DNA of 63,406 nt, filler included, from Octopus bimaculoides (GCF_001194135.2; 6 parts of 5 records of this genome joined end to end with filler, not necessarily neighbours in it), one strand, 5' to 3'. Counted from the first letter of the whole stretch, positions 13,373 to 27,090 are shown. Made by a program: numbers and translations. The notes: generated by a model not told the origin, from the sequence alone.

Positions 13373-14689
13373 CTGCATATTACACACACATACACAAAGG
13401 GAAATCTGAAATTGTTGCGTCTTATGGAAGAGCTGACAAAAGACTACATTGACTGGTGACATATTGTAAAGGAAATGATTCATCCATCTAAACAGACAAA
13501 ATGAAAGACATTTAAATTGTGTACAAGTCTGTGTTTCTGTAGTGTGTGTGTGTGTGGTTGCACACGCATGCATGCACACCTTTCATGCAACATGTCAAAA
13601 TGATATTTGCTTTGATAAAAAAAACACAGCATCATGCCTGTAGATAGTGTATATATGCTAAATATGATGTTTATAATTTAATGCTGTTTCAATTGCATAC
13701 ACTGAGTTTATCCCAGCAAGCTTACCACAATATCAGTGAATGTATTATTCCCTCTTCACTATAAATCAGAAGTGGCAGATTTCATCTTGGCACGTAACTA
13801 CAGGGTCCATGTCATGACCGACAAGCTCCAAGGACATGATGTGACTGGTATTCCTGCAAGTTGCCACTGGGATGATATTCATCTCACTCTGTTAAATATT
13901 ATTTTTAACTGAAGTGTATGAAATGCTTTTCTCAGACAAAAACCACATCAATATGCTTGTCAATGGGTATGCATGTGTGTGAGTGTACGTGTATGTGTAC
14001 ACACACACACAGACATATATGTAGGTGTGTATGATAAACAAATGGTCTCTATATATTATGTGTGTGTGTGTGCTGTAAGTCTACAACTTGTACCTCTTTA
14101 ATACCTTTTCACTTCTCTAACACACCTATCACTTATCCCTCTTTTATTCATCTTTCTCTCATTCAGACTTCTATCACCCATGCTGACTGAATAACTTTCA
14201 CCTAATCCCTAGGACACCAAAGCAAAATTTCCTAGATCTCTGACCTCCCAAATGAAATGACCCAAACATCCAGTCATCACCTACCTACATAACAATCAAT
14301 AATAACAAACTGACAACTATATCCTCCAATAATACATACAATATGATTGTGTGGTTACAAAGTTCATTTTGCAGATCATCCGATCCAGGTTTGATTATAG
14401 GCAGGAAGAAAATTATACAATTACTCGGAAGCCCAGTCATGGGATTTCCCATCAGCAAGCCAGCAATTGACTAATCCGTGGCTCCAGATATTTCGTACAT
14501 CAAACGTTAGATGTTTGTACATCACAGAATATACCCGTCAATGTTCATACGAGTCAATTTTCCTATCTTCCCTTCATCATTCGTTAAATTCTCATCTGGT
14601 GGAAGGAGTTAAGAAAGCCCATTCAAGCCCTGCATTACCTGTGTCCTACAATTTTTGTCCTGCATTTCTGGTGAGTAGATGCATTTCCA

Positions 14690-16736
14690 TTTAAAACGGC
14701 TAGTGCTCCTCCAGCTAATAGAAAAAGGAAACCGAACAAAGAGGGATGAGCATTTCAAGAAAAATGAGAATTATAGTATTTTTGCACAATAGTGAATAGA
14801 AAGATACATTGTTTAATTTGCAACAGTAGCACTGCCACGCCAAAAGAGTACAACTTGAAAAGACATTATGAAATGAACCATTGATCATATGATAAATATG
14901 AAGGTCCAATGCTTGTTTCAAGACTCAAGGAACTGAAGGCTAACTTGACACAGCAACAGACCTGTTTTACGAAAAATCAGAAAGGGAATGTCGCTTCCGT
15001 TACTGCAAGCTATGAACTCAGCCAGATGATCACCACGAATGGGAAATCTTACAGTGAAGGAGATTTTGTAAAGCAGTGGCTTGTAAAAACAGCTGAAATT
15101 GAGTGTCCAGAGTAAGCACACTTATTCAAAGATATTTCATTAACCAGGAACACTGTTGCTAAATGGATTGATGAAATGTCAGGTGATTTGAAACAGCTGA
15201 AAGCTGCATCATCAAGATTTGAACATTTTTTTATTGATGAGAGCATTGACATCACTGGAATAGCACAGCTTGCAGTCTTCATAAGGGCCTGTGACAGTGA
15301 ATTTAATATCTTTGAGAAAGCCAAACAAGTTCTGTATGACTATGGTTTTGATTTGAGTAAATTTACCTGTTTATCTACTGATGGTTCTGTAAATATGGTA
15401 GGCAGACATAATGGTGTTACTACCAAGTTACAAACAAACATAGACAATTTGCATCCGGATTCATCATTTGCACATTTTTATCGCATTATTCATCAGCAAA
15501 ATGTGTGTTCAAAGATTTTAAAATTGGATCATGCGCTTAGTTTGGTCACAAAGACAGTGAACTGTATCAGAGGTCATGCTCTCAACTAACATCAATTCAG
15601 CCAGTTGTTGGAAGATATAGATAATCAGTTCACCAATGTTCCATTCTGCACAGAAGTCTACTGGTTGTCATGCCACAAAGTGCTGAAAAGATTTTTATTT
15701 GTTGAGACAAGAAATAATTATGTTTTTGGAAATGAAAAGTCAAAACACAGATAAAATAAAAGATGAGAGTTGGCTCCTGGATCTGGCTTTTCTGTGGACA
15801 ATAATGTACGATAAACTGATCTCAATTTGAAATTACAAGGTAAAAACAAACTCATCACTCAGTTGTATGATGACATCAAGTGCTTCATTACAAAATTAAG
15901 CTTATGGAAGTCACAGTTGTTAAATGACAATTTAATCCATCTTCCAAAGTGCAAAGAGCTGAAAAACAGCACTAATACTGAGTCTGTACTTAGCTTTGTC
16001 AAGTATGACAGTCACCTGGAAATGTTGTCAAAGGAATTTCAGGAAAGATTTCATGATTTCTCATCTTTTGAACATCCATTTGCATTATTCTCAGCACCAT
16101 TTACCTTTGATGTTGCTAAGGCAGATGGAACTATTAGAAATGCAGTTAGATTCTTCACTCACAGCAAAATATTTTGAAGTGGGGAAAATTTCCTGAAAAT
16201 TTCAAAAACGTCAGCAAGTTTGTCACAAAGATTATGGCAATATTTGGTTCTACCTATGTGTGAAAAGTTATTTTCCTTCATGAAATCAACAAAATCTTCT
16301 CAGAGAACAAGGCTGATTGATCAAGACTTGTCATCTCTGATCAAACTCAGAACTGCACAGACATTTCAGCCAAACATACCAAAAATTGTCAGCAAAAAGA
16401 GATGTTAAACCTCAGGACAAAACACTAAAAATGTTTGAATAGTCGTAAATAAATGTTCATTTTAAACAATAGTAATTTTTGAACAATGTGTTTCTGTTGC
16501 ATTCAAATCTATGTTACAGTTTAGAATTTCATTTTCTTCTTTTGTTAAACTACTTCATTACTTGGCATTCTTGAATGTGGCAAAACCATAGTATGTTTCT
16601 AAGTTTAACTAAGAAAAATATTCTGGGATAATTTTTATTAAATGATTTCAATTATAATTGAAGCAAGTGCAGCCCTCCATGACAACACAAATGTGATCCA
16701 TATGGCCCTTGGAGGACCCTCAGTTTGACCTACCTG
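14690..16736 (+). mobile_element. hAT (Buster/SPIN/GTF2IRD2-like) DNA transposon; transposase pseudogene at ~14700-16408
   Basis: CLICNS..KEYNLKRHYE (BED-type), KSYSEGDFVK, DESIDITGIAQLAVFIR, STDGSVNMVG, IIHQQNVC, LQGKNK, CEKLFSFMK..RTRLIDQDLSSL; many stops and frameshifts; 3' TIR (reverse complement CAGGTAGGTCAAACTG) ends at 16736, followed by CTTTAAAG (NNNTANNN Buster-type target); 5' TIR not found. Confidence 0.9.
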
Positions 16737-16744
16737 CTTTAAAG

Positions 16745-17557
16745 CATGTTACAACATCTCACATACTGTCTACTATCAGAGCCAACCAAACTGGACTGTC
16801 ACTGAAGAACACATGTGACCAGTTGTCATCTGTCCAAAGTATGTTGGCAAAAGCTAAATTCACTTCTCAGTTCTTCATACTCATGAGAGGTTTAATGATG
16901 GAGGGAACAGGCATGAAGTGAGATTTCCTTCAAATGATGAGCCACAATCTTCCAAGTTTCATTCATTCCGTAATCAAGATTTACTTGGCAAGAAATTCCT
17001 CCAGTAGTATTGAAATGGTCTCTTAATGACAGCCACTGAATCAGACGGTCTTGCCAAGCACTTGTTTTCCATGGTCTCCCTGGCTATTCTAATGACACAA
17101 ACAAGCTCATTTCTTCATAAAGCTTGAGTATTCTTGAAACACTCTGATCTGTTCATGTCTATGGCAACAGCAGAACTTGTTTTCCTTCTTTTTCAATGTG
17201 ACCACTCACTTCCTGATGCTTTCATCAACATTATGTCAACTTTCTATGGTTATTAATTCACAGCTGCTCAATATAAATCTTCACACTGTTTACATAGTTT
17301 ACATTGGTCAAAGTGTTGCCAGATTTTACTTTTTGAATTTTATGCCACACGTTCTTTAATTTTGCACATTTTGTATTTTTTAAATAAACATTCTTTCTAT
17401 TATAAATTATTTAGCTATTAATCACTTCCAACAAAATTTACTGCAAATAATGAACATACTTTAAAGTATATACAATAAAAATTCCATTCAAGAAAATGAA
17501 GTAGAAATGTAAATATCGTTAATTTTTATTTTCGTTCTCTAATTTTGGCCACTACAG
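16745..17557 (-). mobile_element. Tc1-family transposon, 5' half (pseudogene)
   Basis: TIR CTGTAGTGGCCAAAATTAGAG flanked by TA (17558-17559); frames give GRPWKTSAWQDRLIQWLSLRD (HTH linker) and WTDDNWSHVFFSD..GSDSRQYVR (first catalytic D); truncated at the hAT end. Confidence 0.8.
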
Positions 17558-17559
17558 TA

Positions 17560-17655
17560 TGCATGGCTGTGATCTCACTTTAGTTGCCGGGTCTTCTCAA
17601 TCAAAGCATATCTCCAAACATCTTGGTCTCCTGTCACTGCCTCTGTGAGGCCCAA
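17560..17655 (-). mobile_element. RTE LINE ORF2 C-terminal fragment
   Basis: LGLTEAVTGDQDVWRYALIEKTRQLK*. Confidence 0.55.
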
Positions 17656-17659
17656 AAAT

Positions 17660-18456
17660 TAAGATAAAGTTGTTTTTTAATCTCAAATATACTCTCCTTC
17701 ATTTTCTACAATGCTCTTCCATCTATCTGGTAGACATGAAAGGCCCCTCTTCCAAAATTCACTTCTCTGTGATGAAAAATACTCCTCCAGTACTGTTCAG
17801 ACCTCGTCTACAAAATTCATATTTTTTCCATCCAAATGATTTTGAAGACTGCAGAATAAATGATAATCAGATGGGGCATTGTTTTCCATTCAAACTGCTT
17901 CAACCTTTAGAATGTCATCCTCACTGTATATGGCCAAGCATTATTCTAATGGAAGAATACCTTTCATCTTGAAACCAAAGATGGTTGTTTTTCTCTTAGA
18001 GCTGACTTAAGCCGCTCAAGTTGCTGGCAGTAGATCTCCTTTGTTATTGTTTAGTTCAGGTTTAAAAGTTCAAAGTGGACTAAACCTTTCATATCCCACC
18101 AAACAGATAACAACGCCTTACGTGGATGAAGATTTTCTTTAGCCTGTGGTGCCAGTGTTCCTCCTTTCCCTACCCACTGTCTTCAGTGCTTGACATTTTT
18201 ATAGAGAACCCATTTCTCATCACCAGTCACTATTCAGTCCAAAAAAGGTTCCTTCATGAGACGTGACAGTAAAGTAGAGCATACATTCATACTGCGCATG
18301 ATTAGACTCGGAAAGTTTGTGAGGAACCCATTGACTCAATTTGCTGACTTTTCTGATGGCACGCAGTTGTTGATGAATGGTTGAATGACCAAATCCAAGC
18401 TTCTCTGCTAGTTTCTCAACAGTTATGATCGAATTTTGTTCCACCGGAATTTGCAT
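17660..18456 (-). pseudogene. mariner transposase pseudogene (DD34D type), 5' end lost at a gap
   Basis: KVSKLSQWVPHKLS, IVTGDEKWVLY, LHPRKALLSVWWDMKG, YCQQLERLK, FH*NNAWPYT, LPDRWKSIVENEGEY. Confidence 0.9.
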
Positions 18457-19056
18457 GTATATATATNNNNNNNNNNNNNNNNNNNNNNNNNNNNNNNNNN
18501 NNNNNNNNNNTTAATTAATTAANNNNNNNNNNNNNNNNNNNNNNNNNNNNNNNNNNNNNNNNNNNNGCTGTTGTTGTTGTTGTTGCTGCTGCTGCTGCTG
18601 CTGCTGTTGCCGGTGGTGATCGTAGCAGACATAGCTTTCATATTGGTGGTGGTGGTGGTGAGAGGGCTGTCAATATGTGTGGTTGCTGTTTTGATGACGT
18701 TCTTAGAAATTTCTTTTTGTGTGCGCGTGCAGTTTTCATTCTTTTCTTCTCTAGCGTTCCAAAGCTAGGGAAGTGATGTTCGAAGACCGGACTGGAACAG
18801 CATTCCAAAACAATGTTTCTCGACATTTTTCCAAATGCCGAGAAACAATTTATATTTTGACGGGGCTGGAACTGCCCCTAGAGGCCAATTCCTCCCTTCG
18901 AAAAAATACACAAATGAAGCTTGGGTGCTTCGCACAGATTATATGAAACACTTTTAAGCAAATGTGGGCAATATAAGGTAAAAAAAGGGTTTACCTCTGC
19001 AGACGATGTGACAGCACATCCGTCAGAAGAGATAGATAGATAGATAGATATATACA

Positions 19057-19620
19057 GGGCGAAATGCTTAGCGGTATTTCGTCTGCCGTTACGCTCTGAG
19101 TTCAAATTCCACCGAGGTCGACTTTGCCTTTCATCCTTTCGGGGTCGATAAATTAAGTACCAGTTATGCACTGGGGTCGATGTAATCGACTTAATCCGTT
19201 TGTTTGTCTCCTCTATGTTTAGCCCCTTGTGGGCAATAAAGAAATAAGAAGTATGTTTTCCAGCCACATGGTTCCAGGTTGAGTCGCAATGCGTAGCATC
19301 TTGGGCGGGTGTCTTCTGCTACAGCCTCAGGTCGACCAAAGACTTGTGAGTGGATTTGGTAGACAGAAACAACGGAAAGAAGCCCATCATATATATATAT
19401 ATATTCATATATTTATGATTGTATTTGTCCCCCCTCTATCACTTGATAACCAATGTTGGTGCTTTTACGTCCCTGTAACTTAGCAGTTCGGCAAAATATA
19501 CCTACAGAATAAGTACTAAGCTTACAAAGAATATGCTCTGTGGTCGATTTGTTCGAACAAAGGCGGTGCTCCTGCACGCTTGCAGTCAAATGACTGGAAC
19601 AAGTAAAAGAGTAAAAGAAT
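19057..19620 (+). mobile_element. SINE family A (5'-truncated, 19057-19245) fused to SINE family B (19246-19620)
   Basis: GGGCGAAATGCTTAGCGGTATTTCGTC..GTCGATGTAATCGAC, then CCACATGGTTCCAGG..AAGGCGGTGCTCC..AAGTAAAAGAGTAAAAG. Confidence 0.85.
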
Positions 19621-19852
19621 GTAATATTGACAGATATGAATTTAGGGATGTTTTACCGTTATTAGTAGCTATTTAGAGCGTCCGATATTAGCTCGTAAAA
19701 TGTTCATATTAGTGATATTTCGTTTTTGTTTTTCATATTGAAATACACCCTTCTTCTTACATTGGATCAAATAACGACGCGTGTTTAGGGGGCAGTTTTT
19801 CCAACTGTCTGAGTAATCGGAATCACGCATGGCAGTAATATATCTTACCCAG

Positions 19853-20300
19853 AAGGCGGTAAGCTGGCAGAAACGTTAGCACGTCGGGCGAAATGCTTAG
19901 CGTTATTTCGTCTGTCTTTATGTTCTGAGTTCAAATTCCGTCGAGATCGACATTGCCTTCCATCCTTTCGGAGTAGATAAATTAAGTACCAGTTGCGTAC
20001 TGAAGTCGATCAGATCGACTGGCCCCCTCCCCCAAAATTTCGGGCCTTCTACCTAGAGTAGAAAAAAAAAATATCTTTCTCGGAAAGGCGTCGATTTGAC
20101 AGAATAGTTAGTGCACCGAGTGAAATGCTTAGTGACATTTAGCACGTCTTTAGGTTTTAAGTTCAAATTCCACCGTTAATGACTTTGCCTTTCATCTTTT
20201 CGAGATCGATAAAATAAGGAACAGTTGAGTACTGGGGTCGACGTAATTAACTCACCCCTCGCACTGAACTCGCTGGCCTTGTTCCAAAATTTGAAGTGAA
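19853..20300 (+). mobile_element. Two head-to-tail SINE family A copies
   Basis: AAGGCGGTAAGCTGGCAGAAACG (19853) and AAAGGCGTCGATTTGACAGAATAG (~20084) heads with standard bodies. Confidence 0.85.
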
Positions 20301-20362
20301 TATTTATTACCCAGAAGTGAGTTTGGATATTCTTAAATATTCTGTGATAATACTTGTGAAGA

Positions 20363-20690
20363 CCTATGGCTGAGTGGTTGGAGGGTCGGGCTCACAATCA
20401 TGAGGTAATGAGTTCAAATCTCGGACCGGACTGTGTGTTATCTTCTCGAGCAAGTCACTATTTCACGTTGCTCCAGTTCACTCAGCAGTAGAAATAAATT
20501 GCGACGTCGCTGGTGCCAATCTGTATCGGCCTTTGCCTTTCTCTTGGATGACATCGGTAGCATGGAGAGGGGAGGCCGGTACGCATGGGTGACTGCTGGT
20601 CTTCCATAAACAACATTGCCCGGACTTGTGCCTCGGAGGAGAATTTCCTAAACGCAATTCCCTGGTCGTTCATGACCGAAGGAGGTCATT
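20363..20690 (+). mobile_element. tRNA-derived SINE with a CORE-like central domain (family D)
   Basis: TGGCTGAGTGG A-box, GAGTTCAAATCTC B-box, then GAGCAAGTCACTATTTCACGTTGCTCCAGTTCACTCAGCAGTAGAAAT resembling the CORE domain. Confidence 0.65.
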
Positions 20691-21758
20691 ACTGTTTACT
20701 TAATACTTGTTGATGCAACCAATTAGAGTTGTAGAGATTGTTGTCCTAGTTATTATTACGCTTAGCATTTCCAGTGCTTCTAGCCAACACACTAAGTAGT
20801 TCTACGCAATTTGCTTTCTTTCTGTTAAGTGACATTGGCACACATGACTTCGTTGAGACATTTGTGAAAAAAAAAAAGAAAGATATCTTCAAACCGAAGA
20901 TCTAGCCCGAATGATTGTAATAGATTGTGATAACAACCAGGTAAAACGGATTGAGAAACGGTCAAACAAGGTCACTAAATAAATTATTTCATTAGATTTC
21001 TGGCAGCAAGCACGCTTCATTATTTGTAGAAACATGCTGTCTAAGGTACATGTTTTAAAGCATAAAGTCCTCAGTTTAAACAGTTCATGTAAAAAGTGTT
21101 TTGTAATCTGCTTAGTTAGTAAAGTTTAGGTTTAAATGCAAGTTCAATTAGTTGGCGAAATTATCTAAAATATTTCGTAATATTTCGATCGGTATATAAC
21201 CCCGTACATTTTGTTAATTATGAGTCACAGAGACAGTAATTCCTTGAATCAGTAACGGAAACGTTCGGCCTGCAAGAATAAGCTGGTAAATGCTCGGCAA
21301 ATTATATCCTACCAAGTTAAACATTGGTTAATTACAACTGACAGCAGTCGGATTGGTCCTGGCTGGAGCATATATGATAATTAATATGTTTGATCGGGGA
21401 TGAAATGGATTAAGCAATAACAATGGACTTTGGTATATCTTAAGGCACGTAACTACCAATAGTATTTGATAATTTTCACCATATATTCACTTAATTCCTT
21501 TTATGATTCATGCATTTAGTACGCAGAATATTTTCTCCTCAGAATATGAACAAATATGCCCCCCCCCCGAAAGAAACAACAACCGTTCAATCAAGTAAGT
21601 TCTTTACAGACGGAGAGTTTGCATATGAACTGTCCATAATAATATAGGAAACTGATTTCATAAAGTCAAATAAAATAAATAGAATTATACCTTCGCGATT
21701 GCAAGCAAAATAAATAAAACAAATTTACCAAGCAAAGTAAACGTATTTAAATACAAAG

Positions 21759-21823
<65 letters not shown>

Positions 21824-24079
21824 CAGATATATTCTTGAATATACATATCACACACACACACACACAAACACACACACATACATACACACGTGTGTAAATC
21901 TTTTAGTTTTGAATATAAAAATAACGCACTCTGATGAGAAATACGTCTAGTTTGTCTAGCATTAGGATGGCAATTACAATAGTATGTGAAAAACAAATTA
22001 TAGATTACGTTACTTATTCATTTACTTTGTAATAATGACTTTAGTTTCACCTATCGTATATAAACCTCCATTCATTATCTTCTGTCAAGTTATTCCGAAA
22101 TATTTGTGGTTTCTGTCTTTCTATTGTTCATTTTTTTCCTCCTTCATTTTTTTATCTTCTAATTGTTACTTGTAGAGTTTATTATAGAACTATGATTATG
22201 TCTTATAAACTTGCAGCTGTTTTCAATGCTGCTCCGTAATGTAAACAGAACTCTTAGAAATGAGGATGAAACTATTGACATTTAATCAGGTAAGTATTGT
22301 CATTCAACTAGCGCCTAATATAATGTTTGAGACGATATGCAGCGATTCCGTAGTCAGTTACATGCAACAATATAATAAATATATTATCTGCTTTTGCACA
22401 ATGTTTAGTGCCTCGCAGTTATTCTTGGAAGTAATATTTTCAATGCTCTAATCATGATTGTAGTTTAACTCCAGGCCAGCTTTGAATGATCAGTATTATG
22501 ATTAAAGAATTTCACCACTTGCCCGTACTGTTCATTTTACAGGTTTTGTACTTTCAGGACCAGGTGCATTCTCCCCATTTTACGAAAGTAGGATGTGGTT
22601 TCATAGTGAATTAACTGTTATTTCCAATTGGTAGAAGTTTCACTTCGGTATGCTTACTAATTATTTATCTAGCTCGTTACTATTTCTATGCTATTCGTTC
22701 GGAAACTTCGATTTCCAAGCGTAGTTCTAGATTCTCAAGTTTTAATTTTGAATAGTATCTGTTTCCATTGGTTACCCTTCTCCTTGTACATGTTAGGTAT
22801 ATCGAATCTATGAACCAAATCTATGTCTGTTGGCCTCATAACTTGGATTTGCTTATGGTTGCAAAGAGTAGTGCATAGATAACTTTCTCTCTGGTATTAA
22901 ATTCGATTTTTCTTTCATGTACAGTCCATGCTGTGCTACGCACAACATTGACTATGCATGCATTGGCTATACATTGACTATATTTTACCTTGGATTACCA
23001 ATCAATTACTGTTCTACTTATCCATATGTCCATTTCCGACACTCCATATGACACTGTAGTATGGTAAAATTGGATTTAGCAGCTGAGCTGTAACTTGATA
23101 AAGCGTTTAACTGTCAAAGTGATGTACATTCTTTGTAAACATTCAGTTTAATTTTGGAGGCGTCCCTGTATTCTCATTGTCTGTTTGTGGAGGGAAGAAT
23201 AAATATTGCTTTTTTTTGTTTTTGCTTTAGTAACTAGTTGTGCGTTCTCTTGTTTCTATAACTATTATTAGAGTGCTGCAACAAGAGCCTCATGCGTATT
23301 GGCGAAGTATTTTTATAAAAATATGTATATTTCCAATATCAAGCAGTGTTGGTAAATGCTGTGACCTGCTTGTGGTATTATTGTATAATGGCTATTCCCT
23401 TTCTTCATAATCTGTTGTCTTCACACTTATTAATGTTGACGTAGATCCGGTTAGCTGGCAGCTAATTACTTCGGGGGAGTCTAAGTTCCCAATTCGTTTT
23501 CTTGTAAAGTAGCGTCAGCTCAGTGGCCAGAGTAAATGACCCCACCATCTTAACAGTTTCTTTATTCTTCACGAAATGCAGTACATTTCTGTGTTTGCGG
23601 AAAATATCTTCTAATGTTTCTATGATTCTGTGTGGTATTCCTTAAAAGGTAGCCATTGCGTTTTCTTGCCTTCTTCTAATCTTACAAATTCACTAATCCT
23701 CCAACTAAGAAATTGCAACTATAGTTAATCTTATACTTAAGTCTAATTATCTGTTTGGTTAAATTTTCTTAACACCTTTCATCATCGAAAGGTCAATTTA
23801 ATCTAACGTACCTATTCTAGAACTCTGTGTGTGCAAGTGTGTTACAAATCTGGTAGCGGAGGTAAAATAAACATCAGTTCTATGTAGCAGGTCCGCATTT
23901 AACATTGTTTATAGTTTCGTTGGAAGTGTAACTTCAAGTGATATAATGCAAACCAAAACCAATTTAATAAATTCTATGATATAAACAAAAGTCAAATATC
24001 TACTGTATGCTTTTTGACGTAAATCATCACAAAACATGAATAAGTGTTCAAAACAATTTCTAATATCGGTTTTAAATTT

Positions 24080-24502
24080 TGGCACAAGGCCAGCAAATCT
24101 GAGGAAGAGAAACATCGATTAGATCGACCTCAGTATTAAATTGGTACTCATTTAATCGATCTCGAAAGGACGAAAGGCAAAGTCGACCTTAGAATTTGAT
24201 TTTAGAACGTAAAGATGGAGGAAATACCACTAAACATTTTGCCAGGCGTGCTAACTAATCTTACAGCTCCTCGCCTTAACTTCTAATATTGGTTTCAAAT
24301 TTTGGCACCAGGCCAGCAAGTTTCGGGGAGTGGTTAAGTCAATTTCATCAACCCTAGTGCTCAGCTGGTACTTATTTAAGCGACGCCGAAAGGATGAAAG
24401 GCAAAATCGACCATGGCAGAATTTGAATACAGCTTTGAGACGGACGAAATGCCGTTAAGTACTCTGCTCGGCGTGTTAATGATTCTGCCAGCTCGCCACT
24501 TT
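24080..24502 (-). mobile_element. Two head-to-tail SINE family A copies
   Basis: GAAAGGCAAAGTCGACC and GATTCTGCCAGCTCGCC reverse-complement motifs, each present twice. Confidence 0.8.
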
Positions 24503-25005
24503 AACAGCTTCTATTATTAAACATTGAAATGTATATTACATTACATGTACAATAATAAAGCTTAATAAATCAAACAATGTAAACATTTCCTTTAAAATAG
24601 TGTCAAAAAATTGTTGCCATACATTTTTCCTGCAGTTCTAAAGTAGATATAACCACATATAATTTATCTTGCTTGCTGTCTTTTACGATGAAGATGGCTA
24701 TAGCTTTAGCTAGAAACTGGAGAGATACAGTCAGATATTCACCTAAAATTCGTGGTGGATCCGTATCATCGCATACATCATCATTATCTTTTTCAGCATA
24801 GTGGGGCTTTTTTATGCACATGATGCCCTCATTAGATATTTTTTTAATAAGTCATTTTTCCACGTAAGTTTAACACACGAACACTGTCTTAATTTTCTTC
24901 ATGTTTTGCTTGCACATAAGTTTCAGTATTGTAGTTTATGTGTACAGACATCTCTCTACATTTATGTGATTATTTCGCCCAACTTATTAACATTTTTATT
25001 TAATA

Positions 25006-26268
25006 CTACCAGTATAACCCGGCGCTGCTCGGGATTAAGCTAGGATTATTAAATGATTAAGTCCTTTATTTCAAACCAAAATAAGTAACATCGACATCAG
25101 ATTTGAGCGAAATCCGTTGAAATTGGTTTGGCTGAAAATGGTTTGCTGGCAATTTGATTGGGAAATCCCATAAGGAATCAGTTTATTGGTTATTTTCACT
25201 TATTGACTCTTTTTTTAAATGTTGCATTAGAGATCTGCATAGGAGAAGGTTTATCTGAAGGTTTGCATTGGGGATCTGGATTGGAGTAACTTACGAAAGC
25301 TTACCAACAACCTTAACCAAAAAATAAGGAGCCTGTCCCTTCTATGTTAACTCTAACCCTAACCCTAAACCCTAANNNNNNNNNNNNNNNNNNNNNNNNN
25401 NNNNNNNNNNNNNNNNNNNNNNNNNNNNNNNNNNNNNNNNNNNNNNNNNNNNNNNNNNNNNNNNNNNNNNNNNNNNNNNNNNNNNNNNNNNNNNNNNNNN
25501 NNNNNNNNNNNNNNNNNNNNNNNNNNNNNNNNNNNNNNNNNNNNNNNNNNNNNNNNNNNNNNNNNNNNNNNNNNNNNNNNNNNNNNNNNNNNNNNNNNNN
25601 NNNNNNNNNNNNNNNNNNNNNNNNNNNNNNNNNNNNAAAGTATATATAATCTTATAGAATATAGTGTCTTTCAAACACATCTTATATTTGAAACTATATC
25701 TCATGTTTAAGAAAAAATATGCATTAGCTACATTTTCTTTTGTAATACGCTTTGTCTCCCTCTTCCACTTGTTCGTTCCTTTTTTTTTTTGTTAGACGCT
25801 GTCTTGGTGAGAGAATTTTTCTTTTTCCTTAGCCGCTTTGTCTCCATCTTCCACTTTTTCATTTTTTTTTTTTTAGACGCTTGGCAAACACTCTGTTTCT
25901 CCCCTTGTCACAAACACACTATTTCTTTCTTTCTCTGTTTTTTTTCTTTCTCTCTCACTTTCTTTCTTTCTCTCTCTTTCTTTCTTTCACCATGTCTTTC
26001 TTTCTTTCTCTCTCTCTTGCTCTCTCTCCTTCACGCGCGTACGCACAGATTTGACTACGCCATGTCAACAAACTTCAAAATTGGTAAAAGTTTACGATTT
26101 TTACAGCTATACGCGGGGGCCTCTGTGAGAAAAAGTTGATAAAAACACAGATAGGGTCATGAACAATGTCCTCCTAAAATTGGAGCGACATGCGTGCTAA
26201 TTTGTGGACGTGCATAACCCACAACACGTACACACACACACAAACATCTTGTGTTTTATAGATATTGA
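25006..26268 (-). mobile_element. Non-autonomous Helitron (~1.26 kb including a 261-N gap)
   Basis: Minus-strand 5' end A|TCAATATCTATAAAAC..(GT)n; 3' end GC-rich hairpin CCCGAGCAGCGCCGGG then TTATACTGGTAG|T (CTAG variant); A/T insertion site with no TSD; internal CT-rich and (CCCTAA)n tracts. Confidence 0.7.
25348..25375. repeat. Telomere-like (CCCTAA)n tract running into a gap
   Basis: TAACTCTAACCCTAACCCTAAACCCTAA followed by N. Confidence 0.7.
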
Positions 26269-27090
26269 TAGTTCCTAAAAGGCCAGCAGTAAAGTAACTT
26301 GTCGGTGGAAATCCGTATAAGAAAAAAATTGCTTTTAGAGAGCTATTTATAAAGATTTTAAGTGGATTATAAAAGAACAAATCGACAATGATTTCGAAGT
26401 ATATTAATTTATATCTGTTAAATAGAATTTCTTCCTTTACGTCTTATTTTATATTGTATGTTGTAAATGTTTAACCTTAGGGAATAATACCTCCATGAAA
26501 ATGAGGGCAAACACATAATAGAATTTCAGGTAACGATAGTAAAATAAACGAAAATGTATGATTAATATTTTATTCACCATTGATCTTATTTTCGTATTTG
26601 TATGTTACCGTAGTTATTATGCATGATATAAAACTTTCATCCAGAAATCGTGAAAATTTGGAAACCCGAATTACAACATATACTAAGCCTGTTTGATAAA
26701 TAATTCTATGTATGAAGCATACTCGGAACATTTTCGTACTGCGTTGTAAATTATCGTTTATATGGTTATACTCCTTACGAATGTTTTTAATTATTATGCA
26801 TCATTTAGTCATTCGTTGAACTCGTAATCTTATAAAGAAAAGACTTTTCTCATGACAAAATTAGGAGAGAATATATTGTACTGTATATAATGGATGTACT
26901 GCAAGCTTGAAAATGACTTAGATCGAAGTTGACAACATCACTTACTCTCTGATACTTACTCTTCGCCGGAAGTAAAAATACCGAAACGTGAGATTTCTTA
27001 CGTCTGGTATTTCATCTCATCAAACTCCTTTATGATCGTAATACTTGAGTTACATTATTTTTATATATGGAGAATATTATAATAAATAAA

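Noticed and set aside
14690-16408. Domesticated GTF2IRD2/ZBED-like host gene
   Set aside because: Multiple stops, frameshifts and internal deletions plus a retained TIR and target site indicate a dead transposon.
25348-25375. Chromosome end suggested by (CCCTAA)n
   Set aside because: The tract is short, degenerate and internal to a Helitron-like element, with sequence continuing on both sides.
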